From: Chromera velia
Taxonomy: Eukaryota
Assembly (NCBI GenBank): GCA_018398765.1
Contig: JAHBMJ010000453.1
Location: forward strand, 1-47,360
DNA length: 47,360 bases
Direction: 5' to 3'
Shown here piece by piece: positions 1-11,327 of the stretch. Both the position numbers and the translations under genes were made by a program. The notes under the pieces were generated by a model that was not told the DNA's origin, made no database searches, and worked only from the letters and a program-made list of their open reading frames with translations. Each line of letters begins with the position of its first letter. Position 1 is the first letter of the stretch.

Positions 1-503
1 CGTTTTTCAAGACATGTGTTCTTTCAGTCTGATGTATATATATATATATACATGCATGCATGTATGCGCATACATGCATTGTACACGGTGACCAAGCTAT
101 GGCGGCGCCCTATAGGTCTTAGTGTTGGAACACTTAGTATGGCGGCGCCCAAACCGATTATGCACCCCGGAGCAAGCTAGCACCCCTTCCATCACCCTAA
201 ACTGAAACTGGCTAAAATCTCGAGTTGGGTCTTCACGCCAACGTGCATGCATCTCAATGAATTCGCACAATTCTTGCATTTTGCATATATATGGGGTCGA
301 GCTGCACCGCGGTTTTGGTGCATGTGTGCTGATGGTGCACGTGCATGTATGCTCACATTGAGCTCCACACTGACTTGTTTATTGCCATAGAGTGACGCTC
401 TGTGTACCTGTTAGTCGCCGGACAGCGTTCCTGGATTTCCTTCTGACATCATTCAATTCGGTGTTGTAACACTGTTGTTGTCTGACCTTTCTCGGTTGGC
501 GTC

Positions 504-654
504 ATGAAGGGATCAACAAGCCTTCTGACACTCGTGGCTTCTGTCTGGACTTTGCAAGCAGGTGAGCTGCTTCATTTGACCATTTTCTCATTTTCGGGTG
601 GTTCTAGCTTGCTGTATGTGCATTCTGCCGCGAATCCGATGCATAAGTATATAT

Positions 655-687
<33 letters not shown>

Positions 688-2798
688 CTGAAGGTGCGTT
701 TACACTTGAAACGTACATCCAATCGATCACATCTGTCCATGCATCCGCTGTGCAGAACGGCCTTTTGCTTCGGCACAGCGTGGAAGAGACCGCCGAAGCA
801 GTTGGGATTACGACGGTGACTGGAGTGATGAAGAAGACGGGAGTGGAAATGGGGGCTCTTCCTCTGGAAGCTGGGAAGAGGGGGGGATCGCTCCTGTGGA
901 GTTTCCCAGCAACGAACTCAGCCTTCCTGAGGATGCGTCCATCAAAGAGACATACGATTGGGGACTGCTGCTCCGGGTGTCCAACGCTAAACTGTCAACG
1001 TTGAACTCAGACAAGTCCACCATGAACGCATTTGTCTGGAAGGCGACCAGGGCCATCGCGAAGGGCCTACAGATGGCAGAGACAGACATCGACGTTCTGA
1101 AGGTCTTCGACTCCGACGGAAGTGATAGACCCACTCTTTTCTTCCAGTCAGTTAGAGACTTATTTGAGCATTCTGGTTGCCCTGTCACTCGGTCCACTCA
1201 GCCATGTCATTCCGTTCTAGTGTGAGTCGATCAGTGAAAAACCAGCAAGCTTATCCTGGATGCCCTTTCTCTGGAGGGGATACAGGATGACGAATCACGG
1301 TGCTCGCTCTCTGCTTCTCTGCAGTCCTGCATTACTACATCGACGGACGGACAGACAGGCAGACAGACAGACTTGAGCCAAGGAAGGCCCTCTCTCCCGT
1401 AAGAAGGAAGGCCCTCCATAGATCGTGTGAGAGAGCGACCTCCGCTTGGTGTTCCATGCAGACAGTCATCAGCACCGTTCTTCCTTTTGCTTCATTGCAC
1501 AGCTCTCTGCCTTCCCTGTCTCGACTTTACGTGCTTGTCTGTATTGCCCGAGTTGGAGGCACGCACGCACTTCTCACGTTCATACATGGGTATGCATAGA
1601 TACGTGCTTTCTTTCTCTCTGTGTCCTCTGCAGGCCTCTTTCTCCTGATGAACACTCAAGAAAGAGAAAGGCGGAGGAGACAGTTGCTGACTGGAGAAGA
1701 CAGGTCAGGGACGCAAGTTCCGATCTCCACACAGACGCCAACACAGCGGTCACTCTCAGCACTACTTCCTCATCCCTTTCCCAACCGAATGCCATTACTA
1801 CCCTCCCCTCCCTGTCGATCGACGCTTCGTTTCCCATTTGGGCCCTCAGTGCCGCTGTTGTCACAGGGATGGCAGAGGAGCCGGAAGAGGACCAACTGGC
1901 GGCGCCCTCTCCTGCGGAGACTGAAGTACCCGGGGAAGGTATTGAAGAGGAACCGCCAATCCAAGAGGAGGAAGCATCAGACGCCTCTTCTGGGGGAATC
2001 ATCACAGAGGAAAATCAATCCTGGGTCATTCCCGTAATTTCTGTTGGGGGAGGGATTGTCGGTTTGGCCCTCATTGCAGCAATTGTGTGGTGCTGCTACA
2101 AAAGAAAGCAGCTGAAGGTCAGCCGAAAGGCTACCCGGGCCTCTGAGACCGTACAGCAACAGCAACCGACCATCATACACGTCCATAACGCCACACAACC
2201 CGCCCCCCCAGTGGCATCCAACAGTATCATCATAGTCGGGGGTGGAGACGGGGATGATTTCGGCATGAACGCCCAAGGAATGGCCCCTCCTCCGACTGCA
2301 GAACACACCCACACACACATGTACGGGGACCAATTGATGCCAGACCCCTCGGCACCACCTCCTTCATATGGAGACCAAACGCCCATGCAACCTCCCCCGT
2401 ACACCCCCGCACACGCGAACATACGTTTCGAGCCTCAGCATTCTTCTGCTCCCCCGCCTGACACATCGCCTGAGGGGGACAACGGACGTCCGAGCGGGGG
2501 TTCAATGGGCTCTCCGTTTCGCACCCTTTTCAACTCGCTGCTCCCCTTCATGAGCTCCCAGTCCCCCCAGAAGAGACGCACAGGGTCACGTGCGCAAGAG
2601 ACTCCTCACACACCCGTAGGTAGCGAAGGGGGTGTGACGGGGCGGTTGAAATCCCGAATGGAGGAGGGTAGAGGAGAAGAGGGGGAGGGCGAATACGATG
2701 ACCTGACTACAAGGAAGGCCCGAGGCCTCAACACTGCAGCCTCGCCTCGGCCCTCCAGGGCGCAACACGGAGGGTCTCCATCAGTTGGCACAGACTGA
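504..2798 (+). CDS. Multi-exon type I membrane protein: signal peptide, ectodomain, one TM helix, Pro-rich cytoplasmic tail with PSAP/PPxY motifs
   Basis: Exon 504-561 (MKGSTSLLTLVASVWTLQA, hydrophobic) ends at G|gtgag. Acceptor tgcag|756 resumes in phase 1 into the frame of ORF 896-1225. The last exon runs from ctgcag|~1634 to stop 2798 and contains TM WVIPVISVGGGIVGLALIAAIVWCC followed by YKRK. Internal boundaries between ~1115 and 1634 are uncertain. Confidence 0.75.
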
Positions 2799-4873
2799 AA
2801 AGAAAGGGTCTGCATGGTGTGAACTTATGACTGTTTTCAACACTTCAAGTCGACCAGAAGTGTCTTTGCTTTCCATGGTAGCTGTTGCGCAAACGTTCCT
2901 GTCAGTCATTGTTTTCTTTCGATCAGTCCTTCGTCAGACAAAGACAGAAGCCTGCTGACAGGCTGCTGTGTCGTTTTAATACTTCTCTCTCTGAGTCTCT
3001 CACCAGTTGCATGCATGCAGACATCAATTCAAGTTCAAAATGTAAGTCAATTTTAATCTATGTACATATGAATAGACATGCATGCACCTTTAACAATTTG
3101 ATTTATTAAAAGACAAAGATTGAAAGAATTAAAGCAAAACGTGTGCAATGTAAATGACATAGTGAATTGTAGTACATCGCTAAGTACGATATTCACTTCA
3201 AGCTATTTAACTGACCATTTAAAGATTCTACTCAAGAAAATTTTAGTAAAGTACTAGCCAGGGTACGTGGGGTTTGTGGTATGAATTGGCTTAGCATGGC
3301 TGGCAGACAACCTCTCATGAGTCTGAGATTGAACATGCTGCGCCGAAGGTTAAAGATCTAGGTCAAAGTCTCCATCTAGGTCTCCATCTTAAATAGAAAT
3401 GTAGAGTGCTGTTCTAGGTACTGTTTTAATAAGCAAACTGCCTCTAAGTTATTTGTAGCCACTAAACGTTTAGCCAAACGTAGCTTTGAAACGCTCTAGT
3501 TCAACAGTTTGCAGTGTACCTAGAAATAGGCTGATGGTGATAACGTTTGATGTTGATGAAAAAACTAGATAAGACTACCTCAGACCTAGCCTCAAACTTT
3601 TAAGATTTTGTCTCTAAATCAAGGTTTACTACATAGTTTTTGCTTTAGAATAAAAATTGTTATATACTATTCTCGTATATGAAGCTATCTAGGAAGCTAT
3701 AGATGTGAGGACTCAAAATAATTCAAAATGTACGTGATCGTACGTGCACATATTATTCTGATCAATGATACCTAGGAAGAGTTCGATTGAGGCGGAGGCG
3801 CGGCATTGTCCGCTCCTCTGAATGACATGCTCGAGGTACCAAGCGCCTCCCTTTGGGCTAAGTCTGACAAATTGCAGTGTTCCGGTCTGAAACTTGCTGA
3901 CTGGGGCTCACGGCTTCTTACGCTGGAGCCGTATTCTTGCAGGATGTCTTGGAATGCCGGGATCGCAGTTTCCTGGATGTAGGTTCTGATGTCCCTGTAG
4001 TCCAGAGAGCGATGATGGACAAGAAGGTTGGCCAAACGTTGAGAAGTGCCCGGGCGGTGATGGAGAACGTTGAGGCTGCGTTGGCAAGAGTCGGCCCGAG
4101 CCTTGGAAGGTTGCTGACGACGAATCGGATGATGGGGACAATGGTGCCGACGAGGAAGACGGCGCAAAGCCCAGCAAGACCCCAACGAATCCTGCCTAGA
4201 CAAAGAGCACAATTAATGCACGCAGCTAGCGCAGAGAAGCAAGCACATAGTCTTATCGATGAATCGTCCGGAAGCGAGGACCTGCCTGACAAGGAACCTA
4301 GCAAGCAAAGAACGGAGGGAAGAACGTACAGGACATTAAACCAGCCATAATTCGAATTGAACCGCGGGAGAGAAGCAGAAAGAAACACAAGGCGATGGAC
4401 AGCGCCAGAGCTAGCCCAAACCAGAAAGCTGTCGTCGTCTTTCAAGGTCTTCTTTAAGCATCGTACCAAGAGCTTACAGAAGAGCAAGGATCCACTAGAG
4501 AGGAAAAATGAACAGTCGTGTCCTCCATCCAGTCAAGTTGTTTCACATGCAGGTAAATCGATGCCGAAGTTTTGCATCGAAATCTAGCTCGGATCGATCT
4601 ATAGGCTCACCGAAAAAAACGTCTACCCCCCTGTTGCGCGTGCGCTCTGCAAGCATGGAAGGAAGAGAAGTACGCCCATCAACGGCCACACAGGGACTCC
4701 TGCCTTGCTGACAGTCACGTGTCGGCCACGCACGCACGCGCACGCACGCACGCACGCACAAAATCGACTCATGTATGCTGGAGAAATTTTGGGGTCACAC
4801 GACGACAGAACAACGCGCACAAAGAGATCGAGCCGTGAACTTTGGAGACGACAGACAGGCTGCGTTGACTGAC

Positions 4874-6313
4874 CGGAGCTGGCGGAGGCCTGCTGCTGCT
4901 GCTGCTGCTGCTGGGCGAGGAGGAGCTGCTTGTTGTCGTGGAGGTCCTTTCGCAGCCGCTGCAGCTCGCTCTTCAGCTCATCTCGTGTACAACCCGAAGC
5001 GTACATGCCACGAGCGTTAACGTCGGAATTCGGATCGAGCGCCGCCTCCACCTTCGCGATCTTGACCTCAAGAGCTGCGATCTGCGTCTGGTAGTCTGGC
5101 TGCCCAGCCGCAGCCGCGGCAGAGGTGTTCCCGTAGTACGCGTGGGCGATCCGGTTCTTCGTCTTGTTCGACAGCGCCCACTCTGCACCACGCACGGAGT
5201 CGATCAGCAACGACAGGATGCATACCGACGGAATGGAGTGGAGACGGCTGGGGAGGGAAGAGCGAGAGGCAGAGAGCCAACACAAAAACCAAAACGAGGT
5301 GTGATGAGGATTGATCGGACTGCTGACGCAAACTGAAGTCTGAACGATTAGCAACCGGCGAACGAAAACTGACCTGCGGCAACGCCGATGTCCCCACCCT
5401 TCTCGAATGGCTCTCCTCTTCGCACGCGGAAACGGCAGAGCTGCAGAGAGAAGAAAAAGAGAGAAGGAATCCGATGTCAAAAGAAAGAGTGTAGGTCCAC
5501 AAAGAAAGCGGAGCAGAGGCCGCCGACTCACCGGCGCGTTCTGCAGTTCCGATGCCAGTCTCGCGTCGCAGCCGCCACGCCTACCCTCGAGACCTGCAGG
5601 CAAAGAAAGACGGTTGGGAGACAAAATGCTGTCAAAAAGTGGTCTCGAGCCAGAAACAATCTCGACACGCCAGCGGAAATGGGAGAGCACGCACACAAGA
5701 AGGCCATGAATAAAATACCAAGGACATCAATCCGACCATGTGTGCGGCCAAGCGCGGAAGAGAGATTGAAACCACTTACGGACGTGATCCACCTTCAGCC
5801 ACGTGAACGAGCACGTACACACCCATCCAATCCGACACACCGTCTAGTCCGGCCATTTATGCAGCCAAGTGCGGAAGTCTTAGAGAGATTGAAACCAGGC
5901 AGAGAGATCTAAATCCCCGTACAGAGACGGGAAAAAGAGCTATGAAAACTGACAGCTGGATCGATGAGATGAGAACAGCGGAGGATCTACCGGACCAGGC
6001 ACGAAAACGGACGGCCACCTCGAGTCGCGACGACTGCTCACCGAACCAACGAAAAACCGACCTGTGGCAACGCCGGGGTCCTCAAAAGGCTCGCCTCCTC
6101 GCACAGCGTCGCGGCAGTGCTGCAGAGAGGAGAAGGAAGCACAGCGTGCAACACAATAGCGCAGGCTGGACCCAGCGGAGACAAGAGGTGGAAGTCGCCA
6201 ACTCACCAGAGTATGGATGTCACCAAATGACCATGACCTCACTCGTGACTGACCTTTCCGAATCTCACTGACAGTTCGCCCATATTGACATCTTGGTCGA
6301 TCTGGTCGCTCAT
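4874..6313 (-). CDS. Multi-exon hypothetical gene with a short coiled-coil/polyQ module; the 3' end probably continues toward ~4450-3770 but is unresolved
   Basis: ATG at 6313 (MSDQIDQDVNMGELSVRFGK|gtcagt). Exons 6119-6062, 5593-5532, 5440-5374 and 5182-4874 have canonical (c/t)gcag acceptors, gt(c/g)agt or gtcggt donors and mutually compatible phases (0,1,0,1,1). The last of these encodes QIAALEVKIAKVEAAL...ELKSELQRLRKDLHDNKQLLLAQQQQQQQQ. A GC/TGCATGCA island lies upstream at 6713-6800. Confidence 0.55.
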
Positions 6314-7126
6314 GAAGCTCCGAGGCGGCACGAAGCGAGGAGAGAACACTGTAGAAAGATGATTCTAGTGTCCTTGATCGAGCTGTTTAGACGTTGGCCA
6401 GTGAGCCAACTCGGACAAGAGAACAACGGATTAAGCAACTCTGCATGCTGACTCAGAGGAGACGCGCGTGGGGAAAGACACAGGAATTTGGAGCCCCTGG
6501 GATTCTCAAACAAAGAGCAACCCCAAGATTCCGACTCAAGGTTTTAGTTAGGACCTCTCAGGGATGAAGATTGGCCACTCTGTCTTCATCGAGTGGACGT
6601 AGTAACACAAAGAAGCAGAGTATAAGATACTTCGACCGGAGTCACCGGACCGATACCCTTCGTCGAATGTATCGATCGGCTGTATACCGGCTGTTAATTG
6701 TCTGCATGCGCATGCATGCAGGCCGCCCCCCCGGTTCCCCGGTCCGCGCGGCAGCCGCGGCCGGCAATGCTACTTCGGCCGGTCCCTGAGACCGGGGCAC
6801 GCCGTCTAGTCTCCTTTGCAGCCCATGTCAGTCACTTGGATGGCACTACATAATGATGATCGATGATGATGATGTCATCAAAACGATAAGTGATAAATTA
6901 TAAACACAGTTGTAAAGATGTCAGTGCTGCTCTCTAGATGTACTGTTAGTGTATCTAGAGATGCATATAGGACTTAATCTTTGATTGAATACTTCGTTCA
7001 GATATGTATAATCTCATAATTTTTATCTAGGATCTCATTTATGATTAAAAAAACCTGGACTTCAGTTAGATAAGCCTTGTTAGTGGCTTGGGATCTAGCA
7101 TCGGTAGGTCTAGGATTTAACCATTA

Positions 7127-7880
7127 ATCATCATCATCATCATCATACATCATTATTATTAATCGGTTTATAGGCCATCATGCAGCGCATGAGTCTAGGG
7201 CAATGCTTTATTGCCCCTTTGCCAGACCTGCATCATACAACGGGAGGGGGCTTCATTCTCGCAACTCTAAACACCCTGCATCTAGATAATGCTTTCTAAA
7301 TCGCTGATGTTGTTTCCCTTCTGTGGGAGGAGTGCGACAACTGCAACAGAGACTCTCAGGCAGTAGAGGCAGACAGGAAGACCGGTGGAGAAGGGGGACG
7401 GGAGATGTACGTGGGAGATGGAAAAAGAACATTCAAAGGTGAGACGGGAAGAGAGGTAAGTAACCATCACATGCATCGAATCGCAGGCCTTATGATGGAG
7501 GGCGCAGACAGATGTTTCGTAAGATTCGCAAGGCCAGTATGGGTGAGTGTCTGAGTGCCAGGGTAACTTTCATTCGTGCCAACAATTCGCTTTGCGTGGC
7601 GTATTTTAGAAGGGTGGAGTCTTTCGATAGCAACCACTTTCTCTCTCTTTCTTGGGCTCTGTCTAATTTGGCTTCAATTTTGGTTATAATTGCATTCAGA
7701 GCCTCTCGATCTGCTCTTGTTTCTGTGTATTCAGTCAGTCGGTGCAGTAGATCGTCTGCTTTGCCCCTGCATGCAGGGCAAACCGCGTCTTCCAGCCCTC
7801 TGTACGGTGCATGGGGGCAACCACCAAGCAATATATACAGCAAGGCTGAAAAGGGGCTTGAGGACCAGATCGTAGCGCTC
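7127..7880 (-). mobile_element. 5'-truncated non-LTR retrotransposon (LINE) 3' end with a zf-RVT-like remnant and an (AAT)/(ATG)n tail
   Basis: ORF 7490-7843 contains CPACRGKADDLLHRLTEY, matching the C-x2-C...H-x4-C zinc motif found C-terminal of non-LTR RTs, with the last C lost. It is followed by a UTR, a stem-loop GGGCAAT-GCTTT-ATTGCCC (7198-7216) and a microsatellite tail at 7127-7160. Confidence 0.6.
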
Positions 7881-7882
7881 GC

Positions 7883-7958
7883 ATCATTATCATCATCAGA
7901 TAATATTATTATTATTATTATTATTAATCGGTCTATAGGCCATCATGCAGTGCATGAG
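7883..7958 (-). mobile_element. Second, extremely truncated copy of the same LINE 3' terminus
   Basis: 7917-7958 (attattattaatcggtctataggccatcatgcagtgcatgag) matches 7152-7193 with 2 mismatches and carries the same kind of AAT/ATG tail. Confidence 0.6.
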
Positions 7959-8093
7959 ATATTGAAGTATATTTATAAGTGTACATTGAAATACAGTGTG
8001 CTACACCACTCAGACTGCCTATACCATTATAGTGATGGTAAACTTTACATAAATTTTATATATTCCCTTTCTGGGTGCTGCATACTGTTTTTT

Positions 8094-10197
8094 TTATTGG
8101 CCTGCCGCCCGAAAGAATCTGTTGCCCATCATCTGAATGTCCACGTCGGTTGCGTGATTCACGAGTGCGCCCCCAACTGCGTCCACAATGTTCAAGTCTT
8201 TCAGGAGTCCCCAGTGCCGTGAATTTGCAAAAGGAAGCATAGCACGGATACAGGAGAGTTGCAGAGTCGCGTCGTAAGCATCCAAGTGGATCGTGCGGGC
8301 TGCCCACTTCATGACTCCGTGTTGTAAAAAGTCATCGACCGACTCCGGAATCCGAGCAAGGTTGGCAATGATCCCGCAAATGACCACCTGCATCAATCAC
8401 ACCCGAATCAATCTCAATTTTTGTTTCCACAAGGTCAACAAGTAGGAGGAGAGATGCAGGAGACGTCAGAGTACTGGTGACGTATTAACATGGACAGCTA
8501 GATCCAGGCAAAGAAGTCGGAAGATGAATTCATCAGATCGAAAATGAAGAACACGGAGTGGGCAGGGACCACAACAAGGCAGGCAAGGGAGTTTTAATTT
8601 GACGGTAGCTCACCTGCACTGCAATGTCGTGTGGGTAGGTGCGAGCTACAATCATTGTAGGTGCCACTGCGATTTGTCTTACTGCCATCTCCTCTGCGTT
8701 TGCTGCTGAGTGTGTAAGATTGTACATTGAGAGAAGAGAGCGGAAGATGATTTCGGAGTCGTCCTTGAACACACAGAGAGTGTAAATCACCCGGGCCAAG
8801 GCGTCGTGCTGTTGTAGCATCACCTGCATGCAGATAGGCATGAGAGAACGAAACGCATCTCGGATCGCCGAGGCTCTTTTCTTACTGCGGGACTCGTTAT
8901 GCCATGACAAGAACAGGAAAAAGAAAAACGTTAAGAGAGGACGAGCGACAAAAGCAAGAGCGGGCTTTCAGAAAAGTGTCAAATGTATTCATCGTTCTTC
9001 TGAGTGGAGTTGATTTTCTCGGCTGAGTACAACTTCTCCCTGCTAAAAAAGAAAAATACAGGAGAGACTCTGGTCTGACTCAGAGAGCCGCAATGCGTGG
9101 ACTTTGAGACAAAACGAAGACAGAAAAAAAACCCTTCAGAGAGACGACTGAGAGCTGCAGCTGAAAAGTCATTCCTGTCTGATTGCCAGCTTGCAAGTTC
9201 TTCTGCAAAGTGCATTACGCAATTTTTCTCCATTCAACCAATCTGCCACTTTTCCGGTACAACAACTTGTATTTCTTCCCCTTCCTGTGTTGCACATGCA
9301 GACACACCGTCGTTCACTTTTTTCACACATTCCACTCCTTCTGATACGCATCTCGCAGCTCATCTGTGACTAAATTTCCACTAAACGACCGTGCCTGAAA
9401 AAAAAATAAAAAATCAGTTTACCGACCTCTATTGGGTGCTCTGCAGAAAGGAAGGAGATGCACCCGATGATTCTCGTCATCACCCTCACATCATCTTTGT
9501 ATTCATTCGCAAGGTCACAGAGAAGCTTTGCCCCCCCCTTTCTCGCAAGCTCATGCCTCCAGTCAACGCTTTCTGTCACAAGGAGCTCGAACACAGTCAC
9601 GCCCGAGATAACCAAAGGCCGCTTCTCCATGTTTGCTGACAGAAAGTGATAGAAAACGTCCATTGCCTCCAGCTCCATCAGGACGACTGCAAACTCAATC
9701 GGGTTCACAGACTTGAGAAGCGCTGCGAGATCTTTCCCGTAAATGTCCGTTTCCTCGTTTTGACCTCCACCCCCCTTTTCGTTCGCATCCGCCTCTTCCT
9801 CTACTGCCTGCGCTGAGAGGCAAAGCTGAATTGCACGGAACCCCAGCTGAACCCACCAGAGGTGAGTGGCATTTCGCATCACAACGGCCCACATGGTTGC
9901 GGGGCCTTTTTCGACTGCTATGCGTAGAAGCGGGTTGTTCACGTCGCTTGGAACTGTTGGCGGTTTCTTGTCTTCAAAACTTTTTCGTACCACTCTTCGC
10001 AAAGTGCTGACATCAATTTCCCCCCCTTCTTCTCCCTTTTTGATCGAAAAATCCTTCTTCAAGTGCTCACTGGCTTCGTCTGTTGTGAGACCCTTCTCGA
10101 CGTCAGATGAGAAGGCATCGGGGTGCTCCAACTCTTCGTCAACCGGACTCACGCCGTCGAAATGCTGAATTGGCTCGGAATCTGGTGCCGAGATCAT
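8094..10197 (-). CDS. Armadillo/HEAT-repeat protein (~424 aa, 3 exons)
   Basis: Exons 10197-9427, 8823-8614 and 8387-8094 join in phase 0 with GT-AG sites. Repeated ARM-like helices include GGAKLLCDLANEYKDDVRVMTRIIGCISFLS, ALARVIYTLCVFKDDSEIIFRSLLSMYNLT and IVARTYPHDIAVQVVICGIIANLA. Confidence 0.8.
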
Positions 10198-11327
10198 GTT
10201 GCAGAGTCAATTATCTAACGCTCGTCTGTATTCTCTGAATTGGTCTTGCTGTTGATCGTGGCTGTGGATTGTTCCTTCTTCCTTGGCAGCTTCTAGCTCG
10301 ACAGGAATTTCGACAAGCCCACCGGTCAGCAATTCATGAGAGGGAGAGAGCCTGTATGAGAGGAAGGGGCCGGGAGAGGGAGCTAGAGTATACACAGAGG
10401 AAGAGAATTAATTATCGATACATATAATGAAATTGTATAAGCTTATAATTTAATTCATACATATATATATTAATTTAATACATATGCATGCACTCAATAT
10501 TTCTTCTTTATAATTCTGCCGGGGCCCTCAATGCATATATTAATATAGCCGGCCGGGCCTCTTGCGATCCGAACAATTCATGCATTGAATTAAGCTCCAA
10601 TTAAGATCCGGGGCCCCGGCAGTCCGAACAAAGCTGTGTGGAGCGGGCCCAACTTGGCTCCGGTTGGGGGGCGTTCGCCTTGGAGGGCAGCTCAGATGGC
10701 CCCATGCAGAATCGACAGCTGTCGACCGGGGCACTCACCCGCTAATTTGGTGTATCACGAAAGCGTGCACTTTAATTTATGTATCGATACATTTCATATC
10801 ATATATATATATACACACATGCATGCATGCATGCATATATATATATATATATATGTATGTGCGTCCTGCCGGCACATGAAGCCGTATATATGATAAAGAC
10901 GGAGAGAAGAACAATACCGCGAAAGTTCAACTGCTGAGCTTTCAGTCGAGTCGTCAGTACAGTATTCCCTTCACTCGCCTGTCGATCGACTGAAGCATTT
11001 TACCTTTTCCTGCTGCAGTCACCTGCCACTGTTCTCATTCGGCCACTTTGCGTGCTGAAAGAGTCCCACTCGCGATCTGGAGGAGCACATTCTGTCTTGG
11101 GACTCTTCTGCTCGATCTCCTGAGACTTTCGAGGGACAAAAGTGGACAGAAAAGGAGGTAATACAGCCGTAAACAAGGAGGGAGAATACATATATAACTT
11201 GTTTCAAACTGGCGGTCTGCATGCTTTTCTTTCTTGCACTCTGAGGAGGAACTAGCCTGATCGATCGCCTTTCGGTCCAGCCAGCTGAAGCCAGGAGAGG
11301 GGAGGGGGAGGAAGCAGAGGGGGAAGG

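Noticed and set aside
3772..4487. Independent membrane protein or gag-like ORFs
   Set aside because: Several overlapping frames with no recognisable motif. They may be 3' exons or UTR of the 6313 gene but cannot be resolved.
4708..6275. 1.56-kb insertion bounded by 8-bp direct repeat CTGACAGT (possible TSD/introner)
   Set aside because: There are no terminal inverted repeats, and the interior forms phase-compatible exons of the surrounding gene. An 8-bp match can be chance.
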